Positions 28,629 to 39,205 are shown, counted from the first letter of the stretch. The stretch: DNA of 64,000 nt from Candidatus Pacearchaeota archaeon (GCA_002731115.1 PBZO01000001.1:75096-139095), one strand, 5' to 3'. Notes: generated by a model not told the origin, from the letters alone. A program made the numbers and translations.

Positions 28629-28895
28629 ATGGTTGTACTTCTAATAAATTCAAGAGCATGGATGGATTTTGTAAAAGGAGTTTATCATAATCCTCGCGTT
28701 GTTAAGGTAGTTAGTTTTATTTTGGGTGTTATTGTACTTTATTATTTACTTAATGCAGGAATTACAATTGCCCAGATACTTGCAGTTACTGCATTTATAA
28801 TGCTTTTATTAATGATTGGCCTTGCAGAGGAAATGGATTATCTTCTTAAGAAATATACTATCTTAATCAAAAAAGGTACTCTTTGGAAAGACTAA
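28629..28895 (+). CDS. small membrane protein (hypothetical)
   Basis: 88 aa, two hydrophobic helices. Confidence 0.25.
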   Translation: MVVLLINSRAWMDFVKGVYHNPRVVKVVSFILGVIVLYYLLNAGITIAQILAVTAFIMLLLMIGLAEEMDYLLKKYTILIKKGTLWKD

Positions 28896-29300
28896 GGGTT
28901 TTATACACTTCTCCGGATAATCTTGCTTGTTTGGGAGTAAAAAAATTATTTTTTTAGATGATTCTTCTTGATAAAAAATAAGATTTGGGCTAAATAATAA
29001 TTATTAAATAATTCCAAGCCTAGATAATCCATAACCCACCCAAAGAACTAAAACTAAATACCAAAAACACCATCCTTTTGATGCCGGAAGATGTTTCAAA
29101 ATACCCTTATTCATATTTTTCTTATACAATGAACTAAAAAACCATGCAATTATGTTTGCCCCTATACTATCAATAAGAATCAAATAGAAAATTATTTTTT
29201 CGATTACCATTTTATTTTTTTTTCTTTTTTATTTTATTAGTAAAGTTTTATTACTTTTAATCCTTTCTATTGGGATAATTTAGGATACATTTTTAAGGAA

Positions 29301-29852
29301 TTAATCAAAACCTTCTGGAGACAAGTATCCTGATAAATTTAAAGTAGATCTATTCCCATAATCATCTCTTCTTGATTGAACTTGGCTGAAATTTAAATCT
29401 TTTTCTGTTTTTAAATCTATAAACCACATAATTCCATTAGAACAAATGCATTCTACAAAATCCTCTCTTGGATGGGTAGTAAACTCTTGCAAGATTGATT
29501 CATTAATTTGTAGAATATTATTCATATCTTCTTTTAATTTTTGTTCATCTTCAATTTTAATTAATCTATCAATAATTGTTTTATCCCACAAATAAATTCC
29601 AGATTCATTTGCTTCATCATATCTTTTTTCAATATCTTGTCCCCAAGTTTCACATTTATTCTCACAGATTGTACCTACTCGATAATCCTTTAAAAAAATA
29701 TATCCTTGACTTAAAAAAAATCCTAACAAAATCACTATAATTATAATTTTCTTGTTCAAATATCTCTTTGATTGTTTGGGTTTTTTTCTTTTATAACTCT
29801 TTTTATTTTTTCTTGATTTTTTCTTATTCATTAATCTAAGAAGGATTAACAT
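29301..29852 (-). CDS. membrane-anchored Cys-containing hypothetical protein
   Basis: Lys-rich N-terminus, one TM (IIIIVILLGFFLSQGYIFL), extracytoplasmic domain with CENKCETWG and CICSNG. Confidence 0.3.
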   Translation of the reverse strand: MLILLRLMNKKKSRKNKKSYKRKKPKQSKRYLNKKIIIIVILLGFFLSQGYIFLKDYRVGTICENKCETWGQDIEKRYDEANESGIYLWDKTIIDRLIKIEDEQKLKEDMNNILQINESILQEFTTHPREDFVECICSNGIMWFIDLKTEKDLNFSQVQSRRDDYGNRSTLNLSGYLSPEGFD

Positions 29853-30012
29853 AATTTAAAGTTATCTAAATAATATTTATTCAATTCAGGGACCTAAAGG
29901 TATCCCTTCATTTGCTAAAGGTAAATAAATAAATTTATAAATCAAAACCAAAATTATTAGAGTTATAGCAATTCCTGGGGTATGGTTAGTTATAAAATCT
30001 GTCCAAACCATC

Positions 30013-30405
30013 TTATATATTGTATAGTTTTTTAATTTTCTTAATTAGTTTAATCTCTTTTTTATTTGATTCTATAAGATAAACAATTTTTACTAAAGAA
30101 TTTATATCAAAACTTTTACCAGATATCTCCTTAATTAAATCCTCTCTGTGAGGTTCTAGCTTTCCATTTTCTTTCTTAATTATATTTGATGCTATATTAA
30201 TTAATTTTTTCTTCTCTAATTTTGTTAATAACCAGATATATTCCGGGTTACTAGGAACTATAATTGAAACTTTTTTAGCTAAATGTTTTTTCTTAAAAGG
30301 AATATAAACTAAATTTCCAGATAAAACGACATTTCCTTTTTCAATTTCTCCTTCTAGTTTTTTCTCTTCCTTAGTTATTTTTATTTTCATTCCAAATTTC
30401 TTCAT
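30013..30405 (-). CDS. hypothetical protein
   Basis: 130 aa, Lys-rich, no recognisable motif. Confidence 0.25.
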   Translation of the reverse strand: MKKFGMKIKITKEEKKLEGEIEKGNVVLSGNLVYIPFKKKHLAKKVSIIVPSNPEYIWLLTKLEKKKLINIASNIIKKENGKLEPHREDLIKEISGKSFDINSLVKIVYLIESNKKEIKLIKKIKKLYNI

Positions 30406-30631
30406 ATTATTTTTCGCAGGAGGGCTAGAATTAATTTAAGAGCCGTCCTAACTCTTTTTTCACAAAATTTTGATTGATTTGGAATATTTAAAATTTAAGG
30501 AGTTAAAATCTACTCTTTTGAATTTCTAATTAATATTGAATATTTTTTCTTGTTAAATGATAATTTGATACTCTAATTTGATTTTTATCCCTTAAGTTAT
30601 CTACAAGTATCCTATCTACAAATAATTCTCT

Positions 30632-31096
30632 TTAGTTATTAAGAATACCGATTTCCTTTTTAAGCAAGCCAATTAAATTTTTCATTTCCTTATCATCTAC
30701 CCGAGGAATAGCTAAAGCAAAATCAAACCCCCTATTATGTGTAAAATATCTCTGATCTATTTTCTTATTTCCCCCTAGAATAAAACCATATCTTAAATGC
30801 GAAAAAATCTCTTTATGTTTTATTACTTTTTCAGAATAAGTTAGAATATCCTGTGTAGAAAAATCCTTATATTTAGTTTCTATTAATACTAAAGGCAATT
30901 CGTTTTTCAAAACCATAATATCTGGTTGGAAATCCATTTGTTCCCTTGCCGGATTTTTGGGTGAATTAGAATAGGATTTATTTTCAGGATTAACAATTGT
31001 ATTATAAATTGAATTTTTCTCTCTTTTAAATTCATATTCAGGAAAGTTTTTTTCTAATTCTCTTACTAATTTTTTTACAAATTTTGTCTTATTCAT
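30632..31096 (-). CDS. PD-(D/E)xK nuclease-fold protein, possible Hjc-like Holliday junction resolvase
   Basis: N-terminal helix KKLVRELEKNF, then QPDIMVLKNELPLVLIETKYK. D to E spacing of 13 and a following K, as in Hjc DLVA...IEVK. Confidence 0.35.
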   Translation of the reverse strand: MNKTKFVKKLVRELEKNFPEYEFKREKNSIYNTIVNPENKSYSNSPKNPAREQMDFQPDIMVLKNELPLVLIETKYKDFSTQDILTYSEKVIKHKEIFSHLRYGFILGGNKKIDQRYFTHNRGFDFALAIPRVDDKEMKNLIGLLKKEIGILNN

Positions 31097-31228
31097 TTTC
31101 TTTTAATCTCAAGAATTAATATATTTTTAAAGTTAACTGAAAAATCTCACAAATCAATCTTAGGCATTTTGGTTTTAATAGGCAAGTTAGACTAAAAAGT
31201 TGAATCTATATAACTTCAAGGGTAATTA

Positions 31229-31579
31229 TTATTCTCTGCTTTTTTCTTCTGTAATATTTCTTTTTTTATTACGCCTAAATAACTCGAGTTTCCATGGATG
31301 TGTAAATAATCGATTATTTATTTTCTCATTAATAGAATTAATCATAGATGATTTCAATTCTCTTTGATTAATTAAATCATTCAAATAATCTAATTGTTTT
31401 ATTTCATCTACTTTTGTAGATTTCTCATACTTATGGATTAGAAATTTAGCTACAGGCTCCTCCAGACAAGTAAAGAAATTATCATAAATATTCCCGGGTA
31501 GATAATTGTCTATTCTTAACTTATCATTACTCCGAGGCATTAAATTCTTATTCTTAAGGGTATAATTTTCCTTAGACAT
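31229..31579 (-). CDS. hypothetical protein
   Basis: 116 aa, no motif recognised. Confidence 0.25.
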   Translation of the reverse strand: MSKENYTLKNKNLMPRSNDKLRIDNYLPGNIYDNFFTCLEEPVAKFLIHKYEKSTKVDEIKQLDYLNDLINQRELKSSMINSINEKINNRLFTHPWKLELFRRNKKRNITEEKSRE

Positions 31580-31629
31580 ACAAGGATAAGTGAATCTTGT
31601 CTTTTTAAATTTTCTTTCTTATTTTAATC

Positions 31630-31651
31630 AAAATCACTTGATTGTTTACTT
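31630..31651. repeat. 22-bp direct repeat copy 1 (aaaatcacttgattgtttactt)
   Basis: Identical 22-mer at 36394..36415. Both copies lie 50-70 bp upstream of minus-strand gene starts. Confidence 0.8.
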
Positions 31652-31813
31652 TAAGGATAATTTTTTCTTACTTAAAGAATAAAATAATATAATAATTAAA
31701 ATGATAAGAACAATTAAAAAAGAAGGTGATTAGGTAAGTTTAGATGAAATTACTATATAATGACAACTAATCAAAAGATTTATAAATACTAATATTTTTT
31801 CATTTTAATAAAA

Positions 31814-32293
31814 ATGATATCCTTAAAAAATATTGGAAAAAAAGCAATTATAACCTTGGCCATGCTTGTAGCATTTATGGGGAATGTTTTTGCCGAACAA
31901 AGTACTTTTTCAAAAATTAAAGATTTAGAAGGAAAAATAGCTTCAAATTGCATTAAATCTAAAAAAATATGCTTAGATATTCCAATAGGAAATAAATTAT
32001 ATGCTAGTATAATTACAGAAGACTATCTTTCTACAAAAGCTAAACCAGATGTATTCCAATTATCAATAAGTAACAAAAAAGGTCAATTAGAATATTTTGT
32101 TGATAGTTATCCTGCAGGAATTCAAAGACCAAATACAATAAAAGAAGATTTTTTTAGAAAGTTAGATTTAAAAACGTCAAGAATCTCTAGAAGCAATTTA
32201 CTTTATAGTATGAATAATAAAGATATAAAAAAACTTAATGAACTATATTTGAAAAGATTAGAACAAGTTTATGATTCTTTACCTAAAAAATGA
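31814..32293 (+). CDS. secreted or lipoprotein-like hypothetical protein
   Basis: N-terminal signal peptide MISLKNIGKKAIITLAMLVAFMGNVFAEQ. Confidence 0.35.
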   Translation: MISLKNIGKKAIITLAMLVAFMGNVFAEQSTFSKIKDLEGKIASNCIKSKKICLDIPIGNKLYASIITEDYLSTKAKPDVFQLSISNKKGQLEYFVDSYPAGIQRPNTIKEDFFRKLDLKTSRISRSNLLYSMNNKDIKKLNELYLKRLEQVYDSLPKK

Positions 32294-33231
32294 TTAATAG
32301 AAGAAATTTTATGAAACTTGCGAGTTTTGGGGTAGTAGGTTTTATAACTTCAAAACATCTAATCTCGGAAAGTAGAATGCCTAAAGAGTTTCAAAATTTA
32401 GCTTCTCCAGATTATGATAAAGTGTTTCATAGTGAGATTGAATGGGAAAATGTTTCTAAAGGCCTTGATTTTTCTAGGGTAAGAGTATATAGAAATAAAA
32501 AATTAATTGATATAATAGCTGCCCTGAAAATTGATCCTATTCATAATAATATAAAAGTATTTAATGGTTATAACTATAAAGATAATGTTGAAGTACATAA
32601 TATTGAGGGGTGGCAAAAAAAGACTGGAGCAATAGCAATGATAAATAGTGCTCAATATATGGCTGATCCTTATTATAAACCAGTTGCTCTTGTGATTTGT
32701 GATGGAAAACAAAAAGGACCTAAGCATAATAGATATTCTAGAGGAATGTTAGTTGCAGAACCAAGAAAAGATTTAGGAAATAAATTAAAAAAGATAGATT
32801 TACTAGATTTTGATTATGACAAATTTGATTATAAAACTACTCCTTATTTACAAGGAGTTCAACACTGGCCAATTTTAATAGATAGGAAAGGTAAAATAAA
32901 AGTGAAAAAATCATTATGGCAAGCAAATAGGACAATTGTTGCAAAAGATAAAGATGATAAGATATTATTTTTAACAACAGAGGGAGGTTATTTTACATTG
33001 TATAATTTTGGGAGATTTTTGAAAGATAGCAATCAAAGAAAAAATAAGGGATTCAATATTCATACTGCAATGAATATGGATGGAGGTTATGAAGCAAATA
33101 TGGTAGTTAAAACACCAAAATTATCCTATATTACTTATGGTGAGTTTGAAACTTACGGACCTAATAATGATGCAACTATATTTGGTTTAAAGATAAAAAT
33201 TCCTGGAGCAATAGGAGTCTTTCCAAGATAG
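32290..33231 (+). CDS. Tat-signal protein, phosphodiester glycosidase (DUF2233/NAGPA)-like
   Basis: Twin-arginine motif NRRNFMKLASFGVVGF. C-terminal FLTTEGGYFTLYNFGRFL...HTAMNMDGGYEANMVV resembles the NLDGGGS motif region of the DUF2233 family. Confidence 0.4.
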   Translation: MINRRNFMKLASFGVVGFITSKHLISESRMPKEFQNLASPDYDKVFHSEIEWENVSKGLDFSRVRVYRNKKLIDIIAALKIDPIHNNIKVFNGYNYKDNVEVHNIEGWQKKTGAIAMINSAQYMADPYYKPVALVICDGKQKGPKHNRYSRGMLVAEPRKDLGNKLKKIDLLDFDYDKFDYKTTPYLQGVQHWPILIDRKGKIKVKKSLWQANRTIVAKDKDDKILFLTTEGGYFTLYNFGRFLKDSNQRKNKGFNIHTAMNMDGGYEANMVVKTPKLSYITYGEFETYGPNNDATIFGLKIKIPGAIGVFPR

Positions 33232-33239
33232 AATTGAAA

Positions 33240-35573
33240 TTAGAATAAGTCAAATGCACCTGTTTCTTTTATCCACTTATTTGTTGTCATTCTAATTAAT
33301 GCATTAATCCTACTGTTTCTATTAGTTGTTGGTTCTCTGTATTCAAAAGGTTTATATGTTTTTTCTCTTCCTTTTCCTTGTATTTCAATTATTTTTCCCC
33401 CTTTTTTTATTTTATATTTTGCTCCTGTTAGATATGCTTTTCCGGCTCCTTCTCCACTATTGTAATAAAAAGATGTCCAAAAATATTTTTCATCATTTGT
33501 TAATTTTTTAAATTCTTCTTCTCCAAAATATTTTTTAAAATCTTTTTCAAAAATATATTTTCTATGTGCGGTTACTCCTGCTAATCCTTCTAAACCATCT
33601 TTTAAATTATTAAAGTCTCCTGCAGATACTCGCTTCCCATGTTCATTATACTTATTTTTTTTAATTATATTAATATTAGGAGAAATAAATCTTCCTGATT
33701 GTAATCTTTGAATTTCAATAGGATCTCCTAGAAAATCAGTTCCTAAAAGTTCAAATCCACTAACAGGAGCATAATGATCATTATAATATTCATACTCCAT
33801 ATATCCATATTTACTAGGATTTCCTACTCCTTCTAACATTAATGTCGTAAAGACTTCAGAAGGAGTAATCTTAACTCCATATTTATTTTTATTAGCTTTT
33901 TCTGTAGCCTCATAAACCCATTTAACTAAGTCTTCTTCTTCTTCAGAATTCATATATCCAAAAAATTTTCTTGGTCTTATATTCCAATTATCTTGTATTT
34001 CTTGTTTTAATTTATCTCTTGATTCTATATCCATATTTTTAACTTTTTCTATAGTATTTTGCCAAGGTAAATTATGATTAACCTGGACAGATCCATCTTT
34101 ATTACTAAGCACAAAACCATTTAATTTATATTCATTATTAAAATTCATATCATGGGAGATTCCTCTAGAATCATCTGATTTAGCATATAAATTATATTCA
34201 TAAGAGGTAATTGTAACCACACCATTTTTTATTTTAAAATCTCCTTCATGTTTAACATTAAATGATAAGTCTTTACTATTAGAATCTTTTTCTATTTCTA
34301 CAAATCCCTCATCTAATGTTATTTCAAAATCCCCTTGTTTTTGAATTGGAGTTCCTCTAATATTTTTGGTAAATTTTAGTTCAGGAAAGATATTATTTCC
34401 CTCCTTTAAAATTGATTTAAAACCATGACCTTTTAATGAAATTTTGTTTTGTCCATAACTAAAACAATTTTCTCCCCAGTATTTTTCACAACTTTCACCA
34501 TAAAATATATCTAAATCACCTCTACGAACTTCATGTTTAATATTGTCAATAACCGCGTTAGTTTTTTCCCAGACCTTTATTATTTTACTATTTTTGGAGA
34601 GAGTTATTTTTCCTTTATCATTTTTATTTACACCTTTAATATTATTGCCATTAATGTTAAAATTTTCTCCATCAATATGATAATTTCCTTGAGAATCTTC
34701 TTCAATTGAAATTGGGAAAAAATCCACTAAAGATTTAACTTCAATATATTTCCCTTTATTTTTTCCTGAAGAATCTAGTAATTTTTTCTTAAATTTAAAA
34801 GAGTATCCTTCTCCACTCCAACCACTCCCATAAATCTTTACTTTTCCACCTTCATAATAAATATGTTGTCCTTCTGAAACATCATATTGAATTTCATTAA
34901 AAACAAAAGAAGTATCTGCACTTGCTATTAAGTTCGCCCTTACAATTTCACCACCTTCATTTAATTCAATATAGGTTGGATTACCTGCATCATCTTGGGC
35001 CATAACTCTTTTAAAATCACTATCACCTATTTTTGCATATCCTCTTTTTTTTGTAAAAGTTATTGTTGCAACACCTAAACTATTCTCTCTTTCTTTTTTA
35101 TTAAAAACACTTAATTCAACATTTTTAACAATAATATCCTCTTTATTCAAACCAAAAATGTCCCCCACTTCAATTTCTTCTTCGCTAGGTTTAATAATCC
35201 CACTTTCTATCTCCCCATTTTCATCAATTTTTAAATCAACAAGTTCTGCACCTGCTTCTCTGTATAAATCAAGCTGTTGATAAGTAGAAATAATTTTTTG
35301 AACTTCTGGACCTGCTGCTTTTATAGCTTCACCATAAACCTGTCCCATAGCTTTTTGTTCCATTATGGTTTGCATACAAGCACTTGCTACAACTCCAGTT
35401 GCACATTGTGCTATGGTTTTAATTTCCATAATTTGATCAGCCATACTAATAACTCGTGCTGCTTGAGGATTTGCAGCACTAACTCCTTGCTTCCATAAAG
35501 TAGAAAGAGCACTAGCACTAACAATTCCAATTAACAAACCAGATACAATTAAAAAAACTAATATTTTCTTCAT
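33240..35573 (-). CDS. large secreted or surface protein (777 aa, hypothetical)
   Basis: Signal peptide MKKILVFLIVSGLLIGIVSASA. Long mixed beta-rich body, no TM. Confidence 0.5.
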   Translation of the reverse strand: MKKILVFLIVSGLLIGIVSASALSTLWKQGVSAANPQAARVISMADQIMEIKTIAQCATGVVASACMQTIMEQKAMGQVYGEAIKAAGPEVQKIISTYQQLDLYREAGAELVDLKIDENGEIESGIIKPSEEEIEVGDIFGLNKEDIIVKNVELSVFNKKERENSLGVATITFTKKRGYAKIGDSDFKRVMAQDDAGNPTYIELNEGGEIVRANLIASADTSFVFNEIQYDVSEGQHIYYEGGKVKIYGSGWSGEGYSFKFKKKLLDSSGKNKGKYIEVKSLVDFFPISIEEDSQGNYHIDGENFNINGNNIKGVNKNDKGKITLSKNSKIIKVWEKTNAVIDNIKHEVRRGDLDIFYGESCEKYWGENCFSYGQNKISLKGHGFKSILKEGNNIFPELKFTKNIRGTPIQKQGDFEITLDEGFVEIEKDSNSKDLSFNVKHEGDFKIKNGVVTITSYEYNLYAKSDDSRGISHDMNFNNEYKLNGFVLSNKDGSVQVNHNLPWQNTIEKVKNMDIESRDKLKQEIQDNWNIRPRKFFGYMNSEEEEDLVKWVYEATEKANKNKYGVKITPSEVFTTLMLEGVGNPSKYGYMEYEYYNDHYAPVSGFELLGTDFLGDPIEIQRLQSGRFISPNINIIKKNKYNEHGKRVSAGDFNNLKDGLEGLAGVTAHRKYIFEKDFKKYFGEEEFKKLTNDEKYFWTSFYYNSGEGAGKAYLTGAKYKIKKGGKIIEIQGKGREKTYKPFEYREPTTNRNSRINALIRMTTNKWIKETGAFDLF

Positions 35574-36328
35574 TGTTCTATTACAAATACATAAGTTAAT
35601 TTATTTTCTGAATAATCTTCTTTTTCTGAAATAAAAAACCAGATTATATTATTTTCAAAAATAGAGACATTAAGAATAGGAATAGATTTTATCTCAACAT
35701 TATTTTTTTTAGATATCTTATCTAAACATGTTAAACATACTGCTCCTGGATTTTTTGAATATGAATTTACAATCTCTTTAGAAACACCATATAAATTTTG
35801 AATATTGGTATCAATACTTGTTTCAAATTCTTTTAATTGTATTTTAGTTTCTCCTTTTTGAATTGTTATTGGATAATCCATTTTAATATTTGCTTCTTTT
35901 GTATTTATTTTTGCTGAAACTGAATAATTTATTATATTAATATCAAATCCTTGTTTTTTAAAATTGTTTAGATTAAAACATCCTTCTAAATTTTCAGAAA
36001 CATAACCTCCAAATTCATCTTCAATTAAATTTATTGAAGGAATATTATTTTCTGAGTTTATATAATAATAAGGAATTTCTTCAGTGAAATAAGTTATAGA
36101 AGTTTCATTAGGAACATTATAATATCCTCCATGTAATGCTATTTGATAAATCCCTTCCTTACTTATATCTTCTAAACAAGATAAAAAACTAGTATAAACA
36201 GGTTCAATATTTGCAGGGATTCCACTAATTTTAATAGAATCTTTAAATGCAAAATAACCCACAGTTGCTCCAATAATAACTATTGCAATTATTATAAAAA
36301 TTGTAACCTGGCCTCTTTTATTAATCAT
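35570..36328 (-). CDS. membrane-anchored extracytoplasmic protein (hypothetical), co-transcribed with the 777-aa protein
   Basis: N-terminal TM QVTIFIIIAIVIIGATVGYFAF. 4-nt overlap with the downstream gene. Confidence 0.4.
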   Translation of the reverse strand: MINKRGQVTIFIIIAIVIIGATVGYFAFKDSIKISGIPANIEPVYTSFLSCLEDISKEGIYQIALHGGYYNVPNETSITYFTEEIPYYYINSENNIPSINLIEDEFGGYVSENLEGCFNLNNFKKQGFDINIINYSVSAKINTKEANIKMDYPITIQKGETKIQLKEFETSIDTNIQNLYGVSKEIVNSYSKNPGAVCLTCLDKISKKNNVEIKSIPILNVSIFENNIIWFFISEKEDYSENKLTYVFVIEQ

Positions 36329-36393
36329 TAAAAAATATAGGAAACTTAGTATATAAAATTTGATAATTTTCTATTTTATTTAAATATTTCTAA

Positions 36394-36415
36394 AAAATCA
36401 CTTGATTGTTTACTT
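36394..36415. repeat. 22-bp direct repeat copy 2 (aaaatcacttgattgtttactt)
   Basis: Identical to 31630..31651. Confidence 0.8.
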
Positions 36416-36734
36416 AGTAGTTTTCTTAGTAAAATAGCCCATTTTTCCTAGTTCGCCCAATACAGGTTGTACGAATGATTGCTGTGTAGCGAGCTGTTCC
36501 TTTGATATGTCCCTTTTTATCTTTCAAATATCCAAATTATTTCTTTTATATGATTAATACCTAAGGAAGAGAGGTTGTTATTGTTTTGAAAAAAGATGAT
36601 CTAAGGGTTACAAAATTCTTTTCTAAAATCTTCTTTAAACAGGTATTACTCTCCATCTCTCATAACCTTACTTTTTTGAAAATTATTATTTGGGATTATG
36701 TTCACTTAGGTTAACTTAATTACCTTATTCTGCC

Positions 36735-37046
36735 TTATATTTTAAAAAATCGTTTTTTTTTAGAATTATCCATAACTGTCTTTTCAAAAGATGACTCAAC
36801 TAATCCATTATCTTTTTCTAATTTATTTAATTCTTTAATTGTTAGTCTGCTCCTTTTATTTACAGAGTAGCTCCATTCTTTTTCATTATTTAATTTCTTC
36901 TCCATTACAGGATTTTTGAGTAAATTAGAATAGGATTTATTTTCAACTATTCCGAAATTATAAACCTCCGAAAGACGTTCTTGTTGATCAATTCCTAATT
37001 CATTTTTAGTTCTAAACTGATATGTGTACTTATAATTATTTTTCAT
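36735..37046 (-). CDS. hypothetical protein
   Basis: 103 aa, no motif. Confidence 0.2.
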   Translation of the reverse strand: MKNNYKYTYQFRTKNELGIDQQERLSEVYNFGIVENKSYSNLLKNPVMEKKLNNEKEWSYSVNKRSRLTIKELNKLEKDNGLVESSFEKTVMDNSKKKRFFKI

Positions 37047-37121
37047 TTAATCTTAAAAAAATCATCCTTTTTAAAGATTGCTATAAAAAAATATATTCTT
37101 TTTAACTAATTTTAATTAAAA

Positions 37122-37403
37122 TTAATAATTTTCCTTATTTTCTTTCAAAAAATGAGAAGTGAGATATATTATAATAATACTTACAATTGTTATAAATGTT
37201 GATGTAAGAATGCTTAGGCTTGTTGATCCTTTCACATCAATAATTAATTGGACAAGTGCTTGGGACACATCAAATAATGTTTGACGCCATGTAAATGCAA
37301 TTGTAAAACCGAGTGTTAATACAATTAAAAGACGTACTTGTTTCTTAAATTCCTTCTCAAACCTCTTCCCCCCAATAAAAAAATTATATAATTTATCTCT
37401 CAT
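37122..37403 (-). CDS. small membrane protein (hypothetical)
   Basis: 93 aa, two TM. Confidence 0.25.
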   Translation of the reverse strand: MRDKLYNFFIGGKRFEKEFKKQVRLLIVLTLGFTIAFTWRQTLFDVSQALVQLIIDVKGSTSLSILTSTFITIVSIIIIYLTSHFLKENKENY

Positions 37404-37516
37404 TTCTAATTTAATTAAAAAGTAAAATAAGGTTTATAACTTTTCCTAATTTTAATTAATTTTTAATTTATTGGAAAAGATTGTGCACTTAGGTTATCTT
37501 TGTGAACTTTAATAAA

Positions 37517-37620
37517 AGGCTGTCCAAAAAACAAACAGCTGTTTAAGACTGTTTGGACAGCTTACTAAACAGTGTTTTTTGTGTTTAAACAGCTGTTTTT
37601 CACAAAAAGATTAACTATTT
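37517..37620. promoter_or_regulatory. palindrome-rich upstream region: AAACAGCTGTTT 12-bp palindromes and GCTGTCCAAA/TTTGGACAGC inverted repeat
   Basis: aaacagctgttt at 37533..37544 and 37587..37598. The 29-mer aggctgtccaaaaaacaaacagctgttta at 37517..37545 recurs at 37976..38004 inside the downstream ORF. Confidence 0.5.
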
Positions 37621-37699
37621 TTAGAGTGTTTTTCTTCAAGTTTTTAGACGATAAAATCAATATTTTGTCGTCGTAAACAAAAGATTTTTAAAGATTATT

Positions 37700-38326
37700 T
37701 TGCAAGATAGTAGTATGTTTGGTTGGTTTTTTAGGAAAAAAGAGTTTGAAGAAATAAAAAGTGAAACAAAAAAAGGTTTTGATTTTGTAAAAAAAGATAT
37801 TCTTTCTATTAGTGGATGGATTAAATACCTTGATTCTGAAAAAAATATACAAAAAAATGAGATTGAAGAGATAAAAGAAGTTTTATCTTCTGTAAAAAAA
37901 GATATTGAAGAACTAAAAAATACTCTAAAAAATGATGAAAATGATCAACAAATGAGAGTTTTTAAAACACCTAGAAGGCTGTCCAAAAAACAAACAGCTG
38001 TTTATGCTGTTCAAACAGCTGTTCAAACAGCTGTTCAAACACCAAATTTTGACCAATTTTCAATAACTGAAAAAGCAATTCTTTGGATATTATTAAATTC
38101 AGATATGAAATTAAGTTACGATGATTTGGCAGCTATGTTGGGTAAAGAAAGATCTACTATTAGAGGTCAAATTAACTCAATAAAACAGAAGGTTAAGGGG
38201 TTGATAGAGGAAATAATTGAAAAAAGTGGTAAAAAGAGATTATCCATACCTGAAAATATGAAGGAAAAATTATTGAAAAAGTCAAAAGTGAGTATTAAAT
38301 CCTCTAAAAAGGTGAAAAAAAGGTGA
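37700..38326 (+). CDS. coiled-coil plus C-terminal winged-HTH DNA-binding protein with internal (VQTA)n repeat
   Basis: N-terminal heptad-rich region. In-frame 12-bp tandem repeat caaacagctgtt encodes VQTAVQTAVQT. C-terminal ITEKAILWILLNSDMKLSYDDLAAMLGKERSTIRGQINSIKQKVKGLIEEI is wHTH-like. Confidence 0.45.
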   Translation: MQDSSMFGWFFRKKEFEEIKSETKKGFDFVKKDILSISGWIKYLDSEKNIQKNEIEEIKEVLSSVKKDIEELKNTLKNDENDQQMRVFKTPRRLSKKQTAVYAVQTAVQTAVQTPNFDQFSITEKAILWILLNSDMKLSYDDLAAMLGKERSTIRGQINSIKQKVKGLIEEIIEKSGKKRLSIPENMKEKLLKKSKVSIKSSKKVKKR

Positions 38327-38517
38327 AAAATCGCTTAAAAAATTAAGAAAAGTGAGGGTTAAAAAAATAAAAATAATCCTAAAAACAATAAAATGAGAGT
38401 ATTTTGAATAAAAATGTAGTGGGTAAAAGAATAAACCTTTAAAAATCTAAAAAATAACCAATATAGTTAGGTACTTATTCGGTAAAGAGGGTAATTTCAA
38501 TACCTGTAAATTTTATA

Positions 38518-39174
<657 letters not shown>

Positions 39175-39205
39175 CTAAATTTAAAAATTAAAGAGTATAA
39201 AAGGT

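Noticed and set aside
37440-38050. Possible CRISPR array suggested by the recurring CAGCTG-containing repeats
   Set aside because: The repeats are 12-29 bp, irregularly spaced and partly tandem, with no uniform spacers. They lie partly in coding sequence and no cas genes are present, so this is not a CRISPR.
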